A stretch of DNA of 64,000 nucleotides, from positions 78,492,001 to 78,556,000 of the forward strand of contig OX597824.1 of assembly GCA_951406725.2 (NCBI GenBank), given 5' to 3'. Position numbers and translations under genes: made by a program. This DNA is from Octopus vulgaris. Lineage: Eukaryota. Of this stretch, positions 13,384-26,268 are shown piece by piece; within the stretch, counting starts at the first letter, position 1; the number at the start of each line of letters is the position of its first letter. Below the pieces are notes generated by a model. That model did no database searches and had not been told where the DNA came from. It saw nothing but the letters and a program-made list of their open reading frames with translations.

Positions 13384-13569
13384 ATGCATTATGTATGTAT
13401 GCATGTGTGTATACTGAGAAAGAGAGGGAGATGTAGAGAGGATGATGTTTATCACTTCACTCGAACGCTTTTATTCGGACTCTTAAAATATTTAAGTGCT
13501 TAATGTTTATAAAGATTAATACTAATGAATGTTATTATTTGTGTTTCTTTGAGTAGAAGTTTTGTACAT

Positions 13570-13785
13570 TTAGTTTAGATAAAATTTTGTTCATAAGATG
13601 TTTTTCTATTTCATTCCCGGTATTGTAGATCGTAAATTGAACATTTATGAAAAAGAAAATATTCTGAATTTTCCATTCCCCCAAATTTCTAAAGGTTCGG
13701 CCGATGGGATTTTCTTTAGTTCTGGTTGTTGTATTTGTTGTTTATGTATTCTAACTCGTTTGTATAAATTTTCTTATTTACTGCA
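13570..13785 (-). pseudogene. Decayed PLE GIY-YIG remnant
   Basis: Translation with frameshifts gives NLYKRVRIHKQQIQQPELRKIP.AE.LE..GNGKFRIFSF...KLN, which parallels LRRRCTMHRQQIAFPEYRMIPFSEH...IFPFY...KPRLN. Confidence 0.65.
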
Positions 13786-13889
13786 AGTAGCGTTTCATTT
13801 TTTATTGATAAACAGTGTTTCTATCTTTCGTCTAACAGTATTCATTTACTAATATATTATTATTTTGTAATATATTATTCTGTTCCAGT

Positions 13890-14351
13890 AAGGTGGCGAG
13901 CTGGCAGAATCATTTAGCACGCCGAGTAAAATGCTTAGCGGCATTTCGTCGGTCTTTATGTTTTGAGTTCAAATGCCGCCGAGGTTGACTTTACCTTACA
14001 TTCTTACGAGTCCGATAAATTCAGTACTAGTCAAGCACTGGGGTCTATGCAATTGACTAGTCCCTTCCGTTGTAACCTCTGGCTTTGTGCCAAAATTTGA
14101 AACCTATTTCTTTATTACCCACAAGGGGCTAAACACAGAGGGGACAAACAAGGACAGACATAGGTATTAAGTCGATTACATCGACCCCAGTGCGTAACTG
14201 GTACTTAATTTATCGACCCCGAAAGGATGAAAGGCAAAGTCGACCTCGGCGGAATTTGAACTCACAACGTAACGCAGAGGAAATACCACGAAGCATTTCC
14301 CTCAGCGTGTTAACGCTTCAGCCAACTCGCCTTGTGCCAAAATTTGAAACC
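13890..14351. mobile_element. SINE A (+) with a second SINE A (-) inserted in its tail, 20-bp TSD
   Basis: TTGTGCCAAAATTTGAAACC at 14085-14104 and 14332-14351. Confidence 0.85.
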
Positions 14352-15089
14352 GATATATTATTCTGTACCAAGAGAAGGTGCATGCTTATTGGTCAGGGTG
14401 TTCGGCTCAGAATCGGAAGGTCGTAAGTTCGACTTCCAGGGCGCGTTGACTCCTTGTGCAAGACATATTTCACGATGATCCGGTCCAGTCAACCGGCAAA
14501 AATGAGTAATACCGTTTTTTTCAAAGAGCCAACTTTGTCACATTCTGTGTCACTCTGTATTTCCATGAGAACTACGATTTCGGTACATGTATCTGTAGAG
14601 TTCTGAGCCACTTGCTCGTTGATTTAACGAGTAGGCTGTCCCATACATACATACATACATACATACATACATACATACATACATACATACATACATACAT
14701 ACTCCACTAGTTACTCCTTAGGTTGAAGATACCTTCGTTAAACGAATGTTATATTGTTATGGAGTAATTATTACTTCCGAGGTTCTGCTAGCTAGGAAAC
14801 ATATGTAGCCTGGATTTTACCTGCTTATTCCTTCAATTTGGACTTTTATTCATATTCATAGCGAACTTAGATGATAACCATGAACTATAAGATAGCTTTT
14901 TTCAGCTTATCGAACCACGATATGGGAAAAACCTACAACCATCTAAACCAACAAATCATTATTGCTCCTGGACGTTTTTCCTTTTATACGTACCATGGAC
15001 TTTTCGAAGCTTACTAACTTCCTAAACTTAGATTATGAGTATGTATGTATGTATGTATGTATGTATGTATGTATATTATTTATAATTTA

Positions 15090-15227
15090 TAAGCCTAGTA
15101 CTTATTCTATCGGTCTTTTTTGCCGAACCGCTAATTTACGGGAACGTAAACACACCAACATCAACTGTCAAGCGATACTAGGGGAGATAAACACAGACAC
15201 ACATACACACACACGCACACACATGCA

Positions 15228-15289
<62 letters not shown>

Positions 15290-15430
15290 CGATGGGTTTC
15301 TTCCAGTTTCCGTCTACCAAATTTGCTCACAATGCTTTGGTCGACCCGAGGCTATAATAGCAAACACTTGCCCAAGGTGCCACGCAGTGGGAGTGAACCC
15401 GGAACCATGTGGTTGGGAAGCAAAGTTGTT
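15090..15430 (-). mobile_element. SINE family B copy
   Basis: Reverse complement of the family B consensus. Confidence 0.8.
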
Positions 15431-15918
15431 TATAACTTCGGCAAAATAATTATTTGGTGATGTATATTGATGTCTGCAAACAGATTATAACAGCCAGAGG
15501 CAAAACGATGGCTTGAATTTCATTCTTAATATGTTCCGTCAGATTTGATCGTGAATATGACAATCTTTGTTATCTTTCGTAATTAAAGAAAATCTTCACC
15601 TTTCAGACGAATATGTATTCATAACACAATCAATTCATTAGTGAAAGGAGACGCATGTTACATTCATTAGTCCGTATTGCCTGTGAATGTCAGAATGATG
15701 GCGAAACACCGAATGCCCCAGACTCCCCTGACGCTAGCGTACTAAATGTGATATCAACACGTGTTCGTCTACATGAAGAAGTGGTTCTCCAGAGGCAAAA
15801 CACTCCAGAGATTACAATATTCATTTTTAAAATCTGCTGTGATGTATGAAGAACACAAAATATACCATGCAAACACATAAACATACATATATCATATGTA
15901 TACATACATATATATATG

Positions 15919-15961
<43 letters not shown>

Positions 15962-16334
15962 TTAGATATGGTCCGACCAATGATTGGTCCAGGCCATGTC
16001 TAACTTAATAGCATGGTCCATTCAAGTAGTGAGTTTTTGTTGGGTGAGTTGTATCCAATTATGTATGTATGTATATCTGAATAATAAATAGGCCTTTTCA
16101 AGCCTAGCCAGGTTCATGAGCCCAGTTTCCCGGTTCCAGTGGTGTATGTGTTCCCCAGCTGGACTGGATGCCAGTCCATCGCAGCGTTACTCATTTTTGC
16201 CACCTGGGTGGACTGGAGCAACATGAAATGATATGTGTTGCTCAAGAACACAACGCGTCGCCCAATCCAGGAATCGAAACCGGAATCTTACGATCATGAT
16301 GCTGACACCCTAACCACTAAGCCACGCGCCTCCA

Positions 16335-16389
<55 letters not shown>

Positions 16390-16583
16390 GTTTTTAATTA
16401 ATTATTAATTACAATTGTGAGTACACGAAATACGAGCGTCGCTACAAATAACAGTGGAAAAATAATCAAAAAAATAAGCTACAATTTCAGTGAAAATACA
16501 ACAGGCTGACGAAAAAATCGAGGAACGAGTAACATGTAGCTTACCATTGCGGCTGAAGGACGCAAATGAGGATCACAGATATC

Positions 16584-16638
16584 CCTATATCACATGATTT
16601 CGAACTTTGAGATATTTCCCTTAATTCTCATCAGCAGG
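16584..16638 (-). ncRNA. Type I hammerhead ribozyme
   Basis: CCTG-CTGATGA-GAAT...GTTC-GAAA-TCATGTGA-TA-TAGG. Near-palindromic stem III, AUA site; in a ~350-bp unit between TA-rich tracts. Confidence 0.75.
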
Positions 16639-16901
16639 TTCGTTGTTAGCCAAGGGTTAAACTTCAGTGAAATGGTGGCTTTTATTTGAGTATTTTTTTA
16701 CCCTTATTTCTAGCAACCCTGATAGTTCGTGTGCCATCAATCATACTTACTAATTAATTATAAATTTATCAATCTGCCTTTTTGGCTTTAATGCTTGCTG
16801 TCCCCTTATATTACTGTTGTTATTACTTATTATTATTATTAATAATAATAATATCTTTATATATTTACATATATATGTATACATATACATACGTATATAT
16901 A

Positions 16902-16941
<40 letters not shown>

Positions 16942-16999
16942 TTTATACAAATATATATATGCATCTATATAAATATATACACACATATACATATATATA

Positions 17000-17046
<47 letters not shown>

Positions 17047-17160
17047 AATAGTAAAAAGTGAAAAAACTACAGAAGGCTTAAATGTTAAAAAATATATATT
17101 TGCGTCAATATGTCTGAAGAATATTAAAAAAAATTTTTCTCTTATAATGACATAGTTTAG

Positions 17161-17199
17161 AAGAAAGACCGGTTTCGCGTTTAGCTTTTCAAATTTCTT
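17161..17199 (-). ncRNA. pLTR hammerhead-like motif (UUGAAAA core)
   Basis: AAGAAA-T-TTGAAAA-GC taaac GC-GAAA-CCGG-TC-TTTCTT. Palindromic ACCGGT stem III, GUC site, one extra U before the core. Confidence 0.65.
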
Positions 17200-17308
17200 G
17201 CGACGTTATGTTTATGTTGAACAGAGTTATCGTTATGTTTATGTTCAAAAGAGTTCTAAATAAGGGGAGGTAATGAGTGATTTCTTCCGGTGTAAGGGAG
17301 ATAATCGC

Positions 17309-18634
17309 TTAAAAATTGTTTCCTTTCCCTTGGTGTGAATTTCTCTGTATCAGTATGTTGGGATGGTTAAGTCTGGGCTTGTACTTTTCAATGAAGAATG
17401 TTTCCTTGTTTAGTCTAATTTGTGTTGATGATCCGATAGCACATTGGTAAAATGGAAAGATTAAATATTGTGGTAGTAGTTGCTTTGCGCATTTCTCAAT
17501 GTGCTCACTAAAAGGTATCATTCTGTATTCTGGGAATGCAATCTGTTGTCGATGCATTGTGCATCTACGTCTGAGTGATAGTCCCGTGGATCCCACGTAG
17601 TCTGGGTGGCAGCCCGAGCATTTTATGACATAAATTATGTTTTCAGTGGCACAAGTAAAGTTAGATTTGATCTTAAATTTCTGTCCCTCTTTAAAGAGGA
17701 ATTCTGATCCTTCTAGCAGGTTTGGACATGTTGCACAGTTCGATCTACCACATTTTTTTGCTTTTGCATCCGTAATTTCAGAAGACAATTTTGCCTTTGT
17801 GAGAATCTTTTTAAGTGATTTAGGTTGTTTGTAGCTTTTAATGATTTGGTGTATGTTTAGAATTTCCTTTAATTTGGGGTCCTTATGAAGTATTGGTAAA
17901 TTCTGGGTGATGATGGTGAAGGCTTCTTTGTTTCTGGGGTTGTATGTAGATATGTAAGGTAGTATTTTCGGGGAAGGTGTGTTGTTGTGTTGAACTTTTC
18001 TTAAAGTTTCTATGTTGATTTCTGTTGCACGTCTGATCCCATCCTCTATGAGTTGAGCTGGGTAATGTCTGTCAATTAGGGTGTTTTTGAGTTCTTGCAG
18101 TCTAAAGTTCCTGGTATTTTGTTCTGACACTATTGTGCATATCCTTCTTGCAAGGTTGAAGGGGATGTTTGTTTTAGTATGTCTTGGGTGGCATGAATTA
18201 AAAAGAAGGTATTGTTTGGCGTCTGTGGCTTTGTAAAAAATGTCTGTTTCTATTTTAAGGTTAATTTTTTTTAATTAGTATATCCAAGAATGGGAGCTCC
18301 TTTTGGTTGTATTCCATTGTGAACTGTATATTTGGGTTTATGCTGTTCAATAGGTTTTTAAATTTTAGGAGTTTATCTGTGTTTTCATTCCAGAGTATAA
18401 ACCAATCGTCTAAGAATCGTTTCCAATTCTCTTTTATGTATTGAGAAAGGGGGTTTCCAAAGATTGATAAAGATTCCTGGTAAATGATTATTTCCATGTA
18501 GCCCATTGTTAGGTTCGCAATGAGTGGTGCTGCCCTTGTACCCATAGCAATTCCGGATTTTTGACGGTAAAATGTATTGTCTAACATGAATTGGTTATTG
18601 TTTAGGATGAATTCAATTGATTTAGTAATGAATT
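17309..18634 (-). pseudogene. PLE reverse transcriptase (motifs 4-7, thumb) and GIY-YIG endonuclease, one frameshift at ~18265
   Basis: YRQKSGIAMGTRAAP, RFLDD, LPFLDI, then TDIFYKATD..YLLFNSCHP, Zn-finger linker CGRSNCATC, and NIIYVIKC..C...YVGST. The frameshift falls in an A8 run. Confidence 0.92.
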
Positions 18635-18788
18635 CTGATACAGAGAAATTCACACCAAGGGAAAGGAAAAAATTTTTAAGCGATTATCTCCCTTACACCG
18701 GAAGAAATCATTCATTACCTCCCCTTATTTAGAACTCTTTTGAACATAAACATAACGATAACTCTGTTCAACATAAACATAACGTCGC

Positions 18789-18827
18789 AAGAAATTTGAA
18801 AAGCTAAACGCGAAACCGGTCTTTCTT
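18789..18827 (+). ncRNA. Same hammerhead-like motif in the inverted pLTR
   Basis: Identical to the 17161-17199 motif. Confidence 0.65.
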
Positions 18828-19003
18828 CTAAACTATGTCATTATAAGAGAAAAAATTTTTTTAATATTCTTCAGATATATTGACGCAAATATATATTTTT
18901 TAACATTAAAGCCTTCTGTAGTTTTTTCACTTTTTACTATTTTCTATATATTCAACCACGTACTTTCACAAACCAACTTTCTTATCTATATATATATATA
19001 TAC

Positions 19004-19224
19004 AATTCATAAATGAGGGCAAAGGAAAAAAATTCTAATGCCAAATATGCCGAAAAATTGGACACATTGTCCATTAACCATATAATTTTTTCACAATACT
19101 TTGCCCTCATTTATGAATCGTTAATAAATTTAACCGTTAAAGGTATTTTTTAATATGCTGGCCATTGATAAAAATTTTTTCGAGAAGATATTTTTTTTTT
19201 CGAAAAGAATTTTATCCTCACATT

Positions 19225-19226
<2 letters not shown>
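19004..19226. mobile_element. Inverted-plus-direct fragment of the 60757-61556 repeat family, in (TA)n
   Basis: 19004-19090 matches the reverse complement of ~60940-61020, and 19100-19218 matches ~61000-61098 directly. Confidence 0.75.
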
Positions 19227-19265
<39 letters not shown>

Positions 19266-19769
19266 AGCGGTGGTGCCCCAGCATGGCCGCGGCCTTCGGG
19301 CTAAAACATTTTTAAGGATTTAAGGATTTTATATATACATTTATATATATATATATAGAGAGAGAGAGAGGGGGAGAGAGACAGACAGACAAACTGACCG
19401 ATAGACAGACAGATAAGCTATCGATAAACGGAATTTATGTGGAAACAGAAAGTAATATATGTATATACACACACATACACACACACATATATATGATTAT
19501 GAATAGGTTTGAAACGAATTTTTTCTACTCGTGGGAAAATATAGTGAACAATTTAAGAAGAAAAATGCATTAACGTTTTTGTTGAACAAAATATATATAT
19601 TTATATTTTTATGATATAAATCATCTACATGGTCGACTGGTTTCCCTTGTGTTAATCATGGCTAATCACGGGTATTTATCTATCTACCTCTCTATCTATC
19701 TATCTATCTATCTATCTCTCTATATATATGTGTGTGTGTGTGTGTGTGTATACATACATACATGCATAT

Positions 19770-21335
19770 ATTTCTTTATTGCCCACAAGGGGCTAAACAT
19801 AGAGGGGACCAGCAAGGACAGACAAAGGGATTAAGTCGATTACATCGATCCCCACAGTGCAAAACTGGTACTTTATTTATCGACCCTGAAAGGATGAAAG
19901 GTAAAGTTGACCTCGGCGGAATTTGAACTCAGAACGTAGCGACAGACGAAATACCGCTAAGCATTTCACCCGGCGCACTAACGAGTCTGCCAGCACGCCG
20001 CCTTTATATATACATACATGTATATATTTATAGGTGCAGGTGTGTCAGTGTGGTAAGTAACTTGCTCCCTAACCTCATGGTTCTAGGTTCAGTCCTACAG
20101 TGTGTTATCTTGGGCAAATGTCTTCTACTATATATGTATTCTGAAGTGAAGGCAGCATGACAATAAGGAGTACAACCTAAAGACAAAAGTTAAAACAAGA
20201 ACAGAAACCAGATTCCAGTAATAGACAGTGGAAGAAAGGTCCCTTCGGTTGCTGAAATGACTATCCTTCTGAAAAATAAATATTTTTATTGGCGTCGGTC
20301 AAAAATTTGTTGCAGCTGTTTGATCGAGACATAGAAAGAAAAGAAAAAGATTCTGCAGTGTGCTGTTCCTCTAAACCATTTAATCGGCTTTTCCTGATTC
20401 AGAGCCTCTAAAACACCTTTCTTTCTTTTACCTTCTTTTTCTTGCTGAACTACAGAAAATACAGCTTTGCTTCTCAAATAAAACGTTATGGCGCAAATAC
20501 CTCCAGGAAAGAGGACTTAAGGCCAACCTTTTATAATATTACAGCAGATCTATGTGATTGGTCTACTTTTGTCCCTTTTCAACGAAGATCTGCCGCAATT
20601 GACCCTGTACTATTTTAGTAACTTCAAGTGACAAGATCATAATAGAAATGTATTCCCAGGTATAAGCTTTGACTTGATGCTTCAGCTTCAAATAACAGAC
20701 GCATAAACAAAAACTACGTTATTAATTTCAAAATATTCTTTTCTACTCTAGGCACATGGCCCAAATTTTGGGGTGGGAGCCAGTCGATTAGATCGATCCC
20801 AGTACGCAACAGGTACTTAATTTATCGACCCTGATAGGATGAAAGGCAAAGTCGGCCTCGGCGGAATTTGAACTCAGAACGTAAAGACAGACGAAATACT
20901 GCAAAGCATTTCGCCCATCGTGCTAACGTTTCTTATTTCTTTATTGCCCACGAGGGGCTAAAGACAGAGGGGACAAACAAGAACTGATTAATTCGATTAC
21001 ATCGACCCCAGTGCGAAACTGGTACTTAATTTATCGACCCCGAAAGGATGAAAGGCAAAGTCGACCTCGGCAGAATTTAAACTTAGAACGTAAAGACAGA
21101 CGAAATACGGCTACGCATTTTTCTCTCTTTAAGTCGATCATATCGACCCCAGTGCGCAACTGGTACTTAATTTATCGACTCTGAAATGATGAAAGGCAAA
21201 GTCGACCTCGGCAGAATTTGAACTTAGAACGTAAAGACAGACGAAATACGGCTACGCATTTCGTCCGGGCGTGCTAACGTTTCTGCCAGCTCGATGCTTT
21301 CGGCGTGTTAAAGTTTCTGCCTGCTCGCCGCCTTA
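19770..21335 (-). mobile_element. SINE A copy (19770-20003) and SINE A multimer (20733-21335), separated by unique sequence
   Basis: Family A consensus, in head-to-tail units. Confidence 0.8.
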
Positions 21336-22014
21336 TTAATTTTAAAGTATTAATTGGTCCGAGTGAGCCTGTCTCTTAATGATAAAATTAATCGTGGACA
21401 ACAGAGTACATATAGTTTTTCGCTGACTTGAGCAATCAAGTAGCGGTTAAGTTTGTTGTGGGCTACAGCAAGCAAGAACCCTATATTTTGTTTCTTCATT
21501 GATTCAGACGGCCAAGAATAAGCTCTTTTATTGGCCAAACGCAACCGCGCATAGGTCCCCTTATCAGGACCATCGATTATTTAGAGGCTTCCTCGCTGAC
21601 ATGCATAAATAGAAAGCGAACGTGATATGTGATACATGACGTATAATTGATAATAACTGAGTCAGAGGAAGGTCAAATATTATTTGAAGTAAAGTAGTTA
21701 AATTGTGGCTGACAATGGAAGAGCCGGTAACAACGTAGAGAAGCCATAGTGAAAATGTGATAGGAATGACCAATAAAAAGATTATACTGTCTGCGTAAAT
21801 GTAAGGATAAAAGTAATTTATAATGTCAGCATGATAAGAATTTTTGATTGGCTTGTGTATGTGTGCAAGTGCATGCACGTGTATATGTGTGTGTGTGTGC
21901 ATGCGCACAAACACGAAGATACAAGTACACACATAAACACACCGACCGGAAGATATATATATGTATGTGTATGAGGGCGTATTTGTGTACGTAATGGTAT
22001 GTGCGTTCGAGCGA

Positions 22015-22053
<39 letters not shown>

Positions 22054-22095
22054 CTCGAGAATACACACACACACATGTATGTACATACACATAAG

Positions 22096-22134
<39 letters not shown>

Positions 22135-22346
22135 GCGCATACATGTATATGTGCGCACTAAACATGTATGTTTATATATATACATATATATATACATACA
22201 TATATGTACATATACATATATAAATATACAAACATACAGATATACATATATACGTATATACATACATATATATATATATATATATACGCATATACATAGC
22301 TACAAACACACATACCTGCATATATATACTACTTACACATACATAC

Positions 22347-22400
<54 letters not shown>

Positions 22401-22401
22401 G

Positions 22402-22448
<47 letters not shown>

Positions 22449-23158
22449 ATATATATACACGCATATGTTTGTACACACGTGTATATACATATATGTAAAC
22501 ATATGTATGTGTGTATGTATGTATGTATACACAATTACACATACAGACATATACACCTGCATACACTGACTTGCATACACCTACTTTCACTTTCAAATAT
22601 TCATAGAATCGTATCACAGGGATGTATCTTTATCAACGTTCTTAACATTATTAACAACGTCGACGACCACGAGCTGAGCCAGCCAGCAAGCAGTCATTAT
22701 AGCAACAATGAAGATGAAGGTTAAATGTCCCAAGTTATAAAACGGGAAGCCAGACGAGATTACATAAAACGTACTGAACTGATAGTAATGAGGATTTCAT
22801 AAATGGCGTACATACTACGTGGCCTAGCCTCGCAGAATGACATCTGTATGTATCTAATCAAGCATTTTGATGGAGAGCCAACGGCGGCAGCATGTAGAGA
22901 GACGGAGAGACGGAGAGAATGCGGAGAGAAACGGAGAGGGACGGAGAGGGACAGAGAGATGGAAAGTGCTTGAGATAAAGAAACGGAGTGAGATGGGAGG
23001 TTGAGTGGAGAGGAGAGGGGAGACAGGGAGAGTAATGAAAGAGAGTTTTAGAAAGGAGGGAAGAGAAGTATGAGAGAGAGTGAGTGATAGAGAGAAACAA
23101 AGGTAAAAAAATGTAGGAAAAGAGAGGATTGTGGACATGAAGAGAGAGAAAGATATAT

Positions 23159-23206
<48 letters not shown>

Positions 23207-23244
23207 ATGTGTATGTATATATATATATATATATATATGTATAC

Positions 23245-23277
<33 letters not shown>

Positions 23278-24181
23278 ATGAAACAGGCTGCCTGACAGAC
23301 AGGATAAGAGAATGGAAAAGAAAGTGAGAAGTACGATGTAGACAGAGTGAGATGTATATGAAGGAAGGCAATTAGAGAGAGTGACAGACAAAAAGACAGA
23401 CAGACAGAGGGAAGGTGAGAGAGCTACCTACGGAAATAGAGAAAGAGAAAACTATACAGAATTAGAGAATTAGAGAGACTTTTCACTGAGAGAGAATAAG
23501 AGGGTGCTGTGAAGAAAGGGAGAGACAGAGAAAGAGAGAAGGGGAGAAGGGAGAGACGGATATAGGAAGAGAGTTACAAAGAAGGAAAATAACAGGTCGA
23601 GAGAAACAAAGGTAGTGAAATAAAAAGAGCGCTGTACACATAAAGCAGGAGAGATATACAAAAAGAAATAGAGAGGGAGAGGACAATTGAGAGAAATAGA
23701 GAGAAAGTAAGAGAGGGAAAAATGAAGATAGATACGTAGACAGATGTTGGGATGGGTAGAGGGGTTAGAGGCCAAATGTCTTCATCCAGCAATTTTATTC
23801 TTACAGAAAATATTTAAATTCAAAGACATTTAAATCGAGGTTTCTGCGTTGCATTATTAACGACGGGACTAAGCTGTATTTTTTTGTATTGACATTTTCT
23901 CCGATTTTATCGTATGTTAATGAAAGTGCAATTGTCTTCCAAAACACCGAATACGCACGCACATATACATACATACAATTAGATGTGTACATACATATGT
24001 ATATGGAGCTAAATATGTTATGTTATGTAGGTATGTATGTATGTATGTATTCATGCATACATTCATACAACCTTAGATATGTGATGTATTAGAAGTACAC
24101 TCGTTATATACATAGATGTATGTATATATGAGCATACTCACACACATACATAGAGCCGCCCTAATTAATTCCATAGCGGCT

Positions 24182-24263
24182 ACCTCTGATGAGCGCAAGG
24201 TTACATAATCGGAATGTTACCTAACATTCCATTAGACCCCTAGTGCGAACCGATTTGTAAGAT
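24182..24263 (+). ncRNA. Slightly degenerate type I hammerhead with long stem II
   Basis: ACCT-CTGATGA-GCGC...GGAATGTTA cc TAACATTCC...GTGC-GAAC-CGATTTG-TA-AGAT. A15.1 is changed to C. Confidence 0.6.
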
Positions 24264-24404
24264 TGACCGTAATGGATATATAATACTGTACACTTCGATT
24301 AACATACATAATACATATATATAATGTGAAGTATATTTGCCACTTAAATGTGGCTAGCCACTAAGGGTGGATGCTACTGTAGCTTGTAGCCCCAGAAAAA
24401 CATC

Positions 24405-24820
24405 GCAGATGTGCGTGCAGCTGTGAGTAGAAATCGTCGAATCACTATCAGTGAGTTATCACAGGATGTGCAACTTAGTTACGGTTTAGATCAGTCCATT
24501 ATCACTGAAGATTAGGGTACGGGATGCGTGTCTACGAAGTTTATGCCAAAACTGGTTTCAGCTGACTGAAAAGAGAAACGGATTTCAGTTGCTCAAGATC
24601 TCCTTGATTGGGTCAAGAACGAAGAAAACTTTTTGAAAACTTTGCGTAGGCCCCTGAGCAGGTGTCGCCAAGCTTTTGGCAAAATTTGATGCAGATTCTC
24701 TGCTCAACGAGGATGCTGAAAAGTTCCTGGCGTTGGGTAAAAGAAAATACAGGGAGACCGGTTAATTATGATTTTATTTAACGTATTCTCCTCTCAGATT
24801 CACACACTTATTGCAGTTTT
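24405..24820 (+). mobile_element. Mariner transposase remnant plus TIR-like end
   Basis: DVRAAVSRNRRITISELSQDVQLSYG...KFMPKLVSAD*KEKRISVAQDLL (HTH plus WVPxxL-like linker, with stops); CGAGGATGCTGAAAAGTTCCTGGC at ~24708. Confidence 0.8.
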
Positions 24821-24904
24821 TCTTCAGTTACGATCGTGATCCGAATACCCAACCACTAAGCCATGCGCCTTGACTGTTACTCTTCCATTACTGAACAGTT
24901 TCAA

Positions 24905-25520
24905 AAGCAGCGAGCTGACAGAGTCGTTAGCACGCTGGGGCGAAATGATTAGCGGTATTTCGTCTGTCTTTAAGTTCTGAGTTTAAATTCCGCCGAGATC
25001 GACATTGCTCTTTCATCCTTTCCAAGTCGATTTGCGTACTGGGGTCGATCTAATCGACTGGCCCCTTTCTCCAAAAATTTCGGGCCTTGTGTCAGAGTAG
25101 AAAAAATTACTGAACAGGCGCAGGAGTGGCTGTGTGGTATCTTGCTTACCAGCCACATGGTTTTGGGTTCCGTCTTACTGCGTGGCACCTTGGGCAAGTA
25201 TCTCCAACTATAGCCTCGGGCCGACCAAAGCCTTGTGAGTGGATTTGGGAGATGGAAACTGAAAGAAGCCCGTCGTATATATGTATGTATATATATATGT
25301 ATGTGTCTGTATATGTTTGTGTGTCTGTGTCTGTCCTCCAACATCGCTTGACAACCGATGCTGGTGTGTTTACGTCCCCGTAACTTAGCGGTTCGGCAAA
25401 AAGAAAGCGATAGAATAAGTACTAGGCTTACAAAGAATAAGTCCTGGGGTCGATTTGCTCGACTAAAGGCGGTGCTCCAGCATGACCGCAGTCAAATGAC
25501 TGAAACAAGTAAAAGAGATA
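24905..25520 (+). mobile_element. SINE A (24905-25105) followed by full SINE B (25116-25520)
   Basis: Family consensus matches. Confidence 0.85.
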
Positions 25521-26139
25521 GAGTTTCACGATCTTGTATGGTTCAATCAATAACCATAGGCCTAACTATTTGCGTACTTTGCTATTTTTCAAAGGAACGG
25601 ATTTATGTGTGGTGCGCACATAAACAACCATCAAGGGAGGTAGCTACTTATACACGGCTCTGTATTTTATACTTTGTTTCTAGCAATCACCAGGCAGATT
25701 TTACAACAAATTGCCTGAAGATAATACGTAACACATTTTTGTTGTACTGTTACATACTGCGATGATTGTTATACACAAAACCATTAACTGGACATGTTAC
25801 TTAGATCATGAACCAGCAGGGATATAGATGTAAATTTAATTTAGGAATAAAAAAGTAGTAGTTGTTGTTATTGTTGTTGTTTTTATAGTAGGAGGTGGCG
25901 TGGTGGTAGTGATGCTGGTGACGATGGTGATGTTAGTGCTTGTGGCGGTGTTGTTGTTGGTAGTGATGTTGGAGTGGTGGTGATGTTAGTGTTAGTGGTG
26001 GTAGTTTTAGCAATAGTTGTGTTAGTGGTGGTGGTGGTGGTGGTGGTGGAGGTGATGGTAGTGGTGGTAGTTGTAGTGGTAGCAGTAAAGTAGACGGTAA
26101 AAATAAGTCGTCATAGCGTAGGTGTTATTGGTGATGGTT

Positions 26140-26184
<45 letters not shown>

Positions 26185-26188
26185 CAGT

Positions 26189-26268
<80 letters not shown>

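Larger units (their letters stand above)
17037..18988 (-). mobile_element. 5'-truncated Penelope-like element (Neptune-like) with inverted pLTRs, inserted in (TA)n
   Basis: RT plus GIY-YIG ORF; 17037-17353 is a near-perfect inverted repeat of 18635-18951; (TA)n on both flanks. Confidence 0.93.

Noticed and set aside
15607-15849. Unique sequence with an acceptor-like TTTCAG and a 64-aa ORF
   Set aside because: All three frames after the acceptor hit early stops, and no domain is recognisable.
18635-18653. Apparent start of the RT ORF (MNFSVS)
   Set aside because: These codons come from the inverted pLTR; the RT is 5'-truncated at ~18634.
20130-20480. Minus-strand acceptor-like sites in unique sequence
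   Set aside because: No coherent exon with donor and open frame could be supported.
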